From Clostridia bacterium (GTDB lineage: Bacteria; Bacillota; Clostridia; Christensenellales; Borkfalkiaceae): a stretch of 64,000 nt of DNA. The notes under the pieces were generated by a model. The model was not told where the DNA came from and did not search any database. It was given only the letters and a program-made list of their open reading frames with translations. The position numbers and the translations under genes are program-made. The stretch spans positions 21,563 to 85,562 of the forward strand of contig JAFTHU010000001.1 of assembly GCA_017457215.1 (NCBI GenBank), written 5' to 3'. Positions 28,781-36,761 of this stretch are shown piece by piece; positions within the stretch are counted from its first letter, which is position 1; every line of letters starts with the position of its first letter.

Positions 28781-29686
28781 CTATTTCTTGCCGTAATAGT
28801 TACGGTATAACGTATTTAAATTTTTCGCCGAAGGGAAAATCGACTGCGGACTTAAGAAATGCGAAAATTCAAACGTAACACATTTTTCCACGTACTGTTG
28901 CGCGATTTGAATTTTTCTGCGTAAAACGTCAAAGGGTATTGGATAGAACATCGAACGCACGTCCCGTTCAAACGTTTCTACGTTCGCCCATAAACCTATG
29001 TCGTAAACGTCCGTTACTTCCTTTATCGCTTTTAAATAATCGCCGTAATCACATAACCGCGTCGTACCGTCTTGGAAAGCGCAATAATCAATTTCTTTTC
29101 CGCAGTCTTTCCAAATATGATTCCAAACGTCTGCGGTCAGTTCGGGCGACATAGCGTCGGGATAAAGATTTTGTCCTCTGAAAAAGGGGCTGATGAATAC
29201 TTTTTTATCGGGAGACTTATCCTTACACATCTTTGCAAGGCTTCCCATCGTTTGCGTAATGTTATAAATTTCACTTCCCGTTTCGTGCGGAATATACCAA
29301 CCTTTGAACGAAGGCATATCTTTATATCTTTCTAAAACTTCGTTCATATAAATTTCGTTTTGTTTCCGCTCATGCAGATAATCCCCCCCATTCCACGTGA
29401 GGTCTTTTATGTACATACCCATAAACACCTGCATATCTCGTTTCGCCGCTTCTTCCATAATGAATCCCGCAAAATCTTCCCCCTCTTCTTTCAAGGTCGG
29501 AAAAATTTTAGAAGGATAGATGCATTTATCGTAAAATACGCCGCGCATAAGAATCACGGTATCCATTCCCACTTCCTTCATATGATCGAGATCCGCAGCC
29601 CATTGCTCGTTCGTCCAGTTGGACGCAGGAATGTCGTAGGTTATCTCGTCAATAAACGTACCCGTAATGGGATATTTTCCTTTCAT
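28781..29686 (-). CDS. DUF4434-like TIM-barrel (glycoside hydrolase-like) protein
   Basis: 301 aa. ITGTFIDEITYDIPASNWTNEQWAADLDHMKEVGMDTVILMRG matches my recollection of the DUF4434 N-terminal signature. No signal peptide. AAGGAG RBS. Confidence 0.65.
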   Translation of the reverse strand: MKGKYPITGTFIDEITYDIPASNWTNEQWAADLDHMKEVGMDTVILMRGVFYDKCIYPSKIFPTLKEEGEDFAGFIMEEAAKRDMQVFMGMYIKDLTWNGGDYLHERKQNEIYMNEVLERYKDMPSFKGWYIPHETGSEIYNITQTMGSLAKMCKDKSPDKKVFISPFFRGQNLYPDAMSPELTADVWNHIWKDCGKEIDYCAFQDGTTRLCDYGDYLKAIKEVTDVYDIGLWANVETFERDVRSMFYPIPFDVLRRKIQIAQQYVEKCVTFEFSHFLSPQSIFPSAKNLNTLYRNYYGKK

Positions 29687-29965
29687 TGCATTACTCCTTA
29701 TTCGTTTCCTTTTTTATTGTGTGGACATCCGCCGCTTATCATTTTCATAAAAATTGCAATCCACGAATTCTTTCACCTATACCGATTTCATAAAAAAACA
29801 ATAATTTCAATAATTTTTTTATAATTTCTTTCCGCTAGACTTCCGACTTATATACCGCCGAATTTCTCACTTTTAACGATACAAGTTGGTTTATAGAAAA
29901 TTTTCAACCAAAATAAACCGCCTCAAGGGCAGGATATCCCCACATTCTACTATTTTAGTAATAAT

Positions 29966-29994
29966 AGTATAACATACATTTTGCGCCTTGTCGA
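29966..29994 (-). promoter_or_regulatory. Sigma-A promoter of the 15-kb glycan operon
   Basis: On the minus strand: TCGACA (29994-29989), 17-nt spacer, TATACT (29971-29966) with a TG extension (aTGtTATACT). This leaves a leader of about 270 nt before ATG 29686. Confidence 0.6.
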
Positions 29995-30001
29995 TATTTA
30001 T

Positions 30002-30030
30002 AAATTGCAAAAATATGCTCAAAAATTGCA
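30002..30030 (-). promoter_or_regulatory. Direct-repeat pair of TGCAATTT boxes abutting the operon promoter
   Basis: AAATTGCA occurs on the plus strand at 30002-30009 and 30023-30030, 21 nt start to start. The proximal box ends 7 nt from the -35 hexamer. This arrangement is typical of AraC-type activator sites. Confidence 0.5.
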
Positions 30031-30428
30031 CTTCATCCCATTAAAACGCCATAAAAACCCTATCTTCCCATTTATTTCTATATTTTGCGTGAATTTTTGC
30101 CATTTTTCACATATTTCTCTACATTATCGCCGCGCAAACGCCCTCCTTATCCAAGCTGTTCTATCTCTGTTTCTTGCCGCTATCAATCATCCTTTTTTTG
30201 CATAATCAAACCGAGCCGCCCACCTCTTTCCCATCGTGTTCTTATCTTGCCTATTGCTCCTATGCAAAATACATTTTAGAACAAAAATACCCCGACGCTT
30301 CCGTCGAGGCACAAAGAACAGCCTATTCTTCCGTTTGCTTACGCCTACTGCATATTTCCTATAATAGAATAAAATTCAGAAAACAAGCTTTTTATTATTT
30401 TTTATAAAATTTTTACCAGCATACTCAA

Positions 30429-30456
30429 AAATTGCATAAAGTGCTGTAAAATTGCA
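30429..30456 (-). promoter_or_regulatory. Second direct-repeat pair of TGCAATTT boxes
   Basis: AAATTGCA occurs on the plus strand at 30429-30436 and 30449-30456 (20-nt spacing), 61-88 nt upstream of the -35 of the AraC gene promoter. Confidence 0.45.
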
Positions 30457-30516
30457 TATTTTGTTAAAAATGGGAAAAAGTACAGTAATTTTATCCTTAA
30501 AAATTTCAAAAAAGTA

Positions 30517-30545
30517 TTGACAAAACGTTTTCTTGGGGTTATAAT
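30517..30545 (+). promoter_or_regulatory. Consensus sigma-A promoter placed for a leaderless AraC mRNA
   Basis: TTGACA (30517-30522), 17-nt spacer, TATAAT (30540-30545). The ATG at 30552 begins 7 nt after the -10 hexamer. Confidence 0.65.
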
Positions 30546-30551
30546 ACGGCT

Positions 30552-31475
30552 ATGAGCGACTCCAAGCAGAAAAAAATTTATCCCTACGTGGGTATCATCA
30601 CTGAAACACAAGGTCCTGTTATTTCCACATACGAACAATGTACGCCATGGAAAGACTCGAAGACCTCGTTTTATTGGGTAAATTTCGAATACCCCTTATA
30701 CCATACGCAGACACATTGGGAAATCGCCATCGTATTAAATGATGAAATTTTACATCGCATCAACGGCGAAGAAAAAATGATGACCTTGGGTATGGGGTGC
30801 GTTATTTCACCCAAAGATCATCACGCCTTTTATTACCCCAATCGCGTAAAAAACCAATACCAAGGCGTTTGCATTGCCGCGCTCGATTCCTATGTGCGGG
30901 AGTTTTTGGGGTTATATTCCCCCACTTTGTACGAAGAGCTGTGTAACTCGAAACAACCTTTCTATTTTTCCCTTTCACAAAATTCCTTGGACAAATTTAC
31001 AAATATGTTTTTGGATATACAGACTTTGAAAAATCAAAGCACACCGTATACTGAACAGCAATGCAATTTGATATTTTCCATGATTTTTTTGAAATTTATC
31101 GAACAGTGGCAAAAGGGACAGCGCGTGGACAGCATCCCTCCTATTTTGAAACCATTGATTCAGCAGCTTAACAACCCGCAAATCACAAACGAGCAAATCA
31201 AAGAGGCGCAACAAAATCTGCCGTACAGTTATCCACAGCTTACGCGTATTTTTAAAAAATATATGCACTGTACGATCACGCAATACGTAAACCGCACAAA
31301 ACTGCAATATGCGAAAGATTTGCTTTCGCTTACAGATATGACTTTGATTCAGATTACAAACGAATTAAACTTCGAATCACCCAGTCATTTCCACAGTTTG
31401 TTTAAAAAATATTTTAACATTACCCCCGCCGAATACAGAAAAACCAGTTTTCTGCCTCACACGGATGATGAATAA
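30552..31475 (+). CDS. AraC-family transcriptional regulator (cupin-like N-domain)
   Basis: 307 aa. The C-terminal double HTH (TQYVNRTKLQYAKDLL...ITNELNFESPSHFHSLFKKYFNITPAEYRK) is typical of AraC/XylS. Confidence 0.85.
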   Translation: MSDSKQKKIYPYVGIITETQGPVISTYEQCTPWKDSKTSFYWVNFEYPLYHTQTHWEIAIVLNDEILHRINGEEKMMTLGMGCVISPKDHHAFYYPNRVKNQYQGVCIAALDSYVREFLGLYSPTLYEELCNSKQPFYFSLSQNSLDKFTNMFLDIQTLKNQSTPYTEQQCNLIFSMIFLKFIEQWQKGQRVDSIPPILKPLIQQLNNPQITNEQIKEAQQNLPYSYPQLTRIFKKYMHCTITQYVNRTKLQYAKDLLSLTDMTLIQITNELNFESPSHFHSLFKKYFNITPAEYRKTSFLPHTDDE

Positions 31476-31508
31476 ATTTTTCGCCGCGCTTTGTTTGCGC
31501 GGCGATTT

Positions 31509-32339
31509 TTATATTCCTTTTTTCCGATATTGCAACGGCGTTACCCCCGTTATCTTTTTAAATCTCTGTATAAAGTTATTGTAATCGGCAAAGCCTGTTT
31601 TTTCCGCAATCTCCGTCACGGAAAGATTCGTCGTTGACAGTAATTGTTTCGCGCGCAAAATCTTTTTTTCCAGAACGTATTTTTTTACGGACTGATTAAA
31701 ATTCTCGCGGAAAACCGCATATAATTGTTGGCGGTTTAAAAAGAAATTTTTACAAATATCTTCTGCGGTCAACCCTTCGTGTAAATTTTCGTCGATAAAT
31801 TTTTTGATATTTTCGGCAAGGTCGTTTTCCTTTAACAAAATCGCCTCGGAAAGCCAAAATTGCAAAATGCAAGATTGTAAAATGCTACAAGTTGCTTCCA
31901 CCTGCCTTTCCGTCAGCACCGTCAATTTTTCATATGCCGCCTGCAAACAATCGGCATCCATACCGTTTTCTGCCGCATAAGCGCGCACGTCTTTGTCCAT
32001 TCCTTCTATTCGGTATTCTCCAAATAAAAGATAACCGATAATCATCTTTTCAAACCGAATGGGCGTAATCGTTTCCCGTATGCCCGCATGACATAAATAC
32101 GAAAACGTTTGATTGCTCTCTTTACACTGCGCGCAAGATTTTTCGTCCGAACGATGGCATTTTTTTAATCGCTCGGAATCTCCCCGCACCATACGGCAAA
32201 ACTCCGTCAAATACCCCTCGGGCGGATACGAAATTAAAAATTGAAAATCTTTATCGAAAATACTAATCGGCGTTTTTAACAGCTCGTAAACGTTTTCTAA
32301 AACGACAGAAAGTTTTTCTTTGTTGTACTTAATATCCAT
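31509..32339 (-). CDS. AraC-family regulator with a PocR-type sensor domain
   Basis: 276 aa. The N-terminal Cys/His-rich region (CHRSDEKSCAQCKES...YLCHAGIRE) resembles PocR sensory domains. C-terminal AraC HTH (VTEIAEKTGFADYNNFIQRFKKITGVTPLQYRKK). Confidence 0.8.
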   Translation of the reverse strand: MDIKYNKEKLSVVLENVYELLKTPISIFDKDFQFLISYPPEGYLTEFCRMVRGDSERLKKCHRSDEKSCAQCKESNQTFSYLCHAGIRETITPIRFEKMIIGYLLFGEYRIEGMDKDVRAYAAENGMDADCLQAAYEKLTVLTERQVEATCSILQSCILQFWLSEAILLKENDLAENIKKFIDENLHEGLTAEDICKNFFLNRQQLYAVFRENFNQSVKKYVLEKKILRAKQLLSTTNLSVTEIAEKTGFADYNNFIQRFKKITGVTPLQYRKKGI

Positions 32340-32464
32340 AATTCTATTTATCCCATTTTATACAAAAACAATGTTTTTGCATATATTTTTACCTATTATT
32401 CGCCGATATGGCGTGTTATACTGTGCTAAACAAATACTTTTCCACACACAAGCAAGGAGGCGTT

Positions 32465-33349
32465 ATGGAGGAAAGGAAATTAGGAAATCGCGCGCAAATT
32501 TGCGCTGCATATGATATTCAAATTGTCGATAAACACTGTATTTTAGTGCAACACGGCGCTTTAGAATTGCTCTTTAACAAAGACAATGCCTTGGATATCG
32601 TGTGGGCAAAATTTAAGGGCGTACATCTTTCCTTTTTAAGCAAGAACGGGTTAAACGACGGCGCGCGTGATTTTGTAGGAAATTTCGAAGGCGGATTTTT
32701 ATACACCTGCGGCATGGATAACGTATCCTCCTGCATTGCCGATAAGCCCGTCCACGGCAGTTTGCATTATAAAAAAGCGGAACGTGCGTACGCCTATGAA
32801 GAAGACGGCAACGTTTACGTATGCGGCATTATCCGAGAAAGCGCGTTATTTGGAAAGAATCTGTTATTAAAACGCCGCTATAAAATCACGGAAAATTCTT
32901 TGGAAATCAACGATACCGTTGTCAACGAAAATTTTAGCGAAAGCGAATATGTATTGCTCTACCATATCAATTACGGATACCCGTTTTTAGACGAATGTTT
33001 ACAAATGGATATTCCTGCGGTGAAGAGCGACCCGCTAACAGAAGCCGCCAAAGCCCGTCAAGGGGAAATGTTTCAGATTACCCCGCCCGTAGACGGCGGC
33101 AGCGAGGACGTTTATTACCATACTTTATCCGAGGGAAGAATCCGTTTGTATAACCCCGAAAAGGCACTATCCGTCGAAATGCTATACAACGTCGCGGATT
33201 TCCCCATAACACTAGAATGGAAGAGTATGATTAGCGGTGATTACGCCTTGGGTATAGAACCCGCATTGACCCGCTTCGACCACTTCCAAATGCGCCCCAT
33301 AAAGCCGAAAGAAGGTAAAACTTATCAAATAAAAATCAAATTTCAATAA
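32465..33349 (+). CDS. Aldose-1-epimerase-like protein (DUF4432-type)
   Basis: Start moved to ATG 32465 (MEERKLGN...), with AAGGAGG 4 nt upstream. FLYTCGMDNV, PVHGSLHY and HINYGYPFL motifs fit the galactose-mutarotase-like fold family. Confidence 0.6.
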   Translation: MEERKLGNRAQICAAYDIQIVDKHCILVQHGALELLFNKDNALDIVWAKFKGVHLSFLSKNGLNDGARDFVGNFEGGFLYTCGMDNVSSCIADKPVHGSLHYKKAERAYAYEEDGNVYVCGIIRESALFGKNLLLKRRYKITENSLEINDTVVNENFSESEYVLLYHINYGYPFLDECLQMDIPAVKSDPLTEAAKARQGEMFQITPPVDGGSEDVYYHTLSEGRIRLYNPEKALSVEMLYNVADFPITLEWKSMISGDYALGIEPALTRFDHFQMRPIKPKEGKTYQIKIKFQ

Positions 33350-33362
33350 GGAGAAACGGAAA

Positions 33363-34553
33363 ATGAAATTGAGCGAACAATTATTACAAGAAGGCAACGG
33401 TATTTTACGGTTAAAACCCACTTGGGTACCCCGCGCATTCTGCCGTCCCGGTAAGCGCATTAAACTGCATCCCGACGATTATTACGTGTTGGGTTTGGAA
33501 CGTGGCGGCATCGACGAACGCTGGTTCGCCTCCACCACTTGGGCGGAAAACGGTCCTGACACACCTGATGACGAAGGTCTTTCCTACGCCGTTTCAAAAG
33601 ACGGCAGTATGCAAATGCTTTTACGCGATATCGTGGACGAGCAAAAAGAAAAAATTATCGGCGACCTTTGGGATAAATACCACAAATGGCCCATGTTCTC
33701 GAAATTCTTTGATAACGCAGGTCCTTTGCCTCATCATATTCATCACCGCGACAAGCACGCAAAACGCGTTGGCGCGGAAGGCAAGCCTGAAATGTATTTC
33801 TTCCCCTCGCAGGTAAACAATCACGGTGGCGAATTCCCCTTTACGTTCTTCGGTTTAAACCCCGAATGCACGAAAGAGGAAATCAAGAAATGTCTTGAAA
33901 ATTTCCATAAAGGCGACAACCATCTGCTCGATTATTCGCAAGCCTATAAAATTGAATTGGATACGGGTTGGGACGTTCCCCCCGGCGTTTTACATGCCCC
34001 CGCAAGCGTTTGCACATACGAACCGCAATTCGCATCCGACGTATACGCTATGTATCAATCGGTGCTTTACGGCGGTCAGTGCGTAAGCGAAGACTTGCTT
34101 TGGAAAAACTGCCCGAAAGAAGAAAAAGGCAATTTTGATTACTTAATGGACGTTATCGATTGGGATTTGAACGTAGACCCCAATTTCAAAAAGAACCGTT
34201 TCATGCGCCCTATCGTAGACCACGAAGACGCCGCGCACAAGGAAGAATGGGTATGCTATAAGAGCAAGCTTGCTTGCGCAAAACGCCTCACCGTTTACCC
34301 CGGACAAAAAGTCGTTATCAAAGACGCAGCTGCGTACGGTATGATTATGTTACAAGGCCACGGCACTTTTGGCGGACACGTTATCGAAACGCCCGCCCTC
34401 ATTCGTTACGGTCAATTAACGCACGACGAATATTTCGTCAGCGCAGACGCGGCAAAGAGAGGCGTCGTTATCGAAAACTTGAGTGAAAGCGACCCGATTG
34501 TCATGTTAAAACATTTCGCAGAAAATCCTGATTTGGAGAAATTGAACAAATGA
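33363..34553 (+). CDS. Cupin protein resembling class I mannose-6-phosphate isomerase (putative sugar isomerase)
   Basis: 396 aa. His-rich metal motif GPLPHHIHHRD and later PPGVLHAPAS, reminiscent of the PMI QVHP / HAY motifs. AAGGAG RBS. The assignment is tentative. Confidence 0.45.
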   Translation: MKLSEQLLQEGNGILRLKPTWVPRAFCRPGKRIKLHPDDYYVLGLERGGIDERWFASTTWAENGPDTPDDEGLSYAVSKDGSMQMLLRDIVDEQKEKIIGDLWDKYHKWPMFSKFFDNAGPLPHHIHHRDKHAKRVGAEGKPEMYFFPSQVNNHGGEFPFTFFGLNPECTKEEIKKCLENFHKGDNHLLDYSQAYKIELDTGWDVPPGVLHAPASVCTYEPQFASDVYAMYQSVLYGGQCVSEDLLWKNCPKEEKGNFDYLMDVIDWDLNVDPNFKKNRFMRPIVDHEDAAHKEEWVCYKSKLACAKRLTVYPGQKVVIKDAAAYGMIMLQGHGTFGGHVIETPALIRYGQLTHDEYFVSADAAKRGVVIENLSESDPIVMLKHFAENPDLEKLNK

Positions 34554-36580
34554 AAAAATGGTACGAAGGCGTTTACCGCCGCCAACTGACGGATATGCAC
34601 ATCCACGATTGCGACGAGCGATTTTTATCTAAATTCGACGCGGACGAATATTATGAAAATTTACTGCGGGCAAAAATACAAAGCCCAATGATTTATCTGC
34701 AATCGCACGTGGGACTTTGCAATTATCCCACCGAAACGGCACGTACGCACAAACAGTTTTTGACGGGGGAAAATCAAATCAAAAAACTGATTGCAAAATG
34801 CAAGGACGGCGGCATGAAAGTCGTCGGGTATTACAGCCTTATTTTTAATAATTGGGCGATTGAAAATCACCCCGAATGGGAAATGAAATATCAAGACGGT
34901 AGCACGTGGCGCGACCACGGTCAACGCTACGGACTTTGCTGTCCGAATAATGAAGATTACCGCAAATTTGTCAAAGTACAAATTGATGAACTCGCACGCG
35001 AATTTAAAAACCTCGACGGGCTGTTCTTCGATATGCCCTATTGGGAAGTTCCCTGCTATTGCGATTCTTGCCGCAAAAATTTCAAAGCGGAAACAGGCAA
35101 CGACTTGCCTGAAAAACTCGATTGGGACGACCCGAATTGGTTGCGCTACGTAAAAGCACGGCAAGATTGGATGGTAGATTTCGTCCGTTTCGTACGCGCG
35201 TATACCAACGAAAAAATGCCCGAAGTAACGGTAGAATTTAACTACGCCGCCGTCATTGGCTGCGATTGGCTGGGCGGCTCAACCGAGGGTATCAATGCCG
35301 AATGCGAATTTACAGGGGGCGATTTATACGGCGATTTATATTCCCATTCCTTTGCGGCAAAATATTACTACGGCGTTACCAATAACCAACCGTTCGAATA
35401 TATGACCTGCCGTTGTGATAAGAGTTTGCGCGAACATACCATCACCAAACCGCAAAAAACGTTAGAACGGGAAGTTTTACTAACGGCAGCGCATCACGGT
35501 GCGTCCCTCATTATCGACGCGGTAGACCCCATAGGCACGTTGGACAAACGGGTTTATGAACGGGTCGGCAACGCCTTTGCAAGGCAGCTCCCCTTTGAAC
35601 CGTATATGGACAAGGGAGAATTATACGCCGAAGTTGCCGTATATTTCGACAGCAAAACTATGTTCGATAAAAAAGGCGGCGACAAATACAATAAAACTTG
35701 TGCAGTCGGCGCAGTGAAAAAATTGATTGAAGCGCACGTACCTACAGCGGTCATTTCCAACGGCAATATGCGTGATTTGGATAAATACCAAATGATTATC
35801 GCCCCTTGTTTACAAGATTTTGACAACGACGCACCTTTGCAATTTATAAACTACGTGAAAAACGGAGGTACGCTGTATCTTTCGGGCAAATCTGATTCCC
35901 GTTTATTAAAAGAATTTTTCAACGCGAAAGTAGTAGGCGAAACGTACGAAAACGAACCGTATACGGGCGTACAGTTAGGTGCGAGAGTGTATATCAGCCC
36001 GACGACAAGCGCAGGCGACTTATTCGGCGAATTCAACACGGAATACCCCCTGCCTTTGACGTATTATCTACCCCTTTTAGAGGGCGCGCAAGGAGATATC
36101 AAGGGAACAATTACGTTACCTTACGCCGCTCCCGATAGCAATTACTCGTTTGCGTCCATTCATTCCTGCCCCCCTTGGCAAAACACCGAATATCCCGCCT
36201 TTATCGAACGCAAGTACGGCAAAGGCAAAGTGATTTGGTGCGCCGCGGAATTAGAATACGACGAACGCGAAGCTTTTCAAAATATTTTCAAGCATATCGT
36301 AAACGAAAATATCGTCAAAAAATACGATTGCAGAGCGGGTAAAGCCATTGAATGCATTGTGTTTGAGGAAGAAAACCGCGCGCTCGTTTCCTTGTGCGAT
36401 TTGCAATACGACGAAACGAAAACCAGCGGAAGTATTCCCTTTGCCGTTCGTTCGAACAAAGCGCCGCAAGCTTTCCGCAATATCGAAACGGACACAAAAA
36501 TCCCGTTTGTATACAAATCGGGCGTTTTCAGCGCTACCCTTTCGGTAGACGATTTTGCTATGTTTGAAATCGTTTACTAA
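34550..36580 (+). CDS. GH42-like/GHL6-type TIM-barrel glycosidase-like protein with a trimerisation-like C-domain
   Basis: 676 aa with no signal peptide. Cys cluster GLCCPNN...VPCYCDSCRKNF resembles the GH42 zinc site (CxCxxC). MIIAPCLQ resembles the GH42M domain. The start overlaps the upstream stop (ATGA). Confidence 0.6.
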   Translation: MKKWYEGVYRRQLTDMHIHDCDERFLSKFDADEYYENLLRAKIQSPMIYLQSHVGLCNYPTETARTHKQFLTGENQIKKLIAKCKDGGMKVVGYYSLIFNNWAIENHPEWEMKYQDGSTWRDHGQRYGLCCPNNEDYRKFVKVQIDELAREFKNLDGLFFDMPYWEVPCYCDSCRKNFKAETGNDLPEKLDWDDPNWLRYVKARQDWMVDFVRFVRAYTNEKMPEVTVEFNYAAVIGCDWLGGSTEGINAECEFTGGDLYGDLYSHSFAAKYYYGVTNNQPFEYMTCRCDKSLREHTITKPQKTLEREVLLTAAHHGASLIIDAVDPIGTLDKRVYERVGNAFARQLPFEPYMDKGELYAEVAVYFDSKTMFDKKGGDKYNKTCAVGAVKKLIEAHVPTAVISNGNMRDLDKYQMIIAPCLQDFDNDAPLQFINYVKNGGTLYLSGKSDSRLLKEFFNAKVVGETYENEPYTGVQLGARVYISPTTSAGDLFGEFNTEYPLPLTYYLPLLEGAQGDIKGTITLPYAAPDSNYSFASIHSCPPWQNTEYPAFIERKYGKGKVIWCAAELEYDEREAFQNIFKHIVNENIVKKYDCRAGKAIECIVFEEENRALVSLCDLQYDETKTSGSIPFAVRSNKAPQAFRNIETDTKIPFVYKSGVFSATLSVDDFAMFEIVY

Positions 36581-36624
36581 AGTATAACAAATACTTTTCA
36601 AACTGTCAAATATAATTTTAATGT

Positions 36625-36658
36625 AAAAAACAGCCGCAGTACGCTCGGCTGTTTTTTA
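36625..36658 (+). terminator. Intrinsic terminator after the GH42-like gene
   Basis: A6, ACAGCCG (36630-36636) / CGGCTGT (36646-36652), then T5. Confidence 0.75.
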
Positions 36659-36724
36659 CACGGAACTTTTCCCTATTATTTCTTAAATACGGCATATTTT
36701 CAAAAAACGTCAACGTTTTTATTA

Positions 36725-36757
36725 AAATAAAAAGACTCGCTTTTTTGCGAATCTTCT
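36725..36757 (-). terminator. Intrinsic terminator after the alcohol dehydrogenase gene
   Basis: On the minus strand: AGATTCGC-aaaaaa-GCGAGTCT followed by TTTTTATTTT. Confidence 0.7.
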
Positions 36758-36761
36758 TATT

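Noticed and set aside
29700-30400. The long non-coding stretch between the operon and the AraC gene might be a decayed gene
   Set aside because: Translations in all frames give only short low-complexity ORFs with no recognisable remnants. The region is better explained as promoter, operator and long-leader DNA, although the pyrimidine-rich tract stays unexplained.
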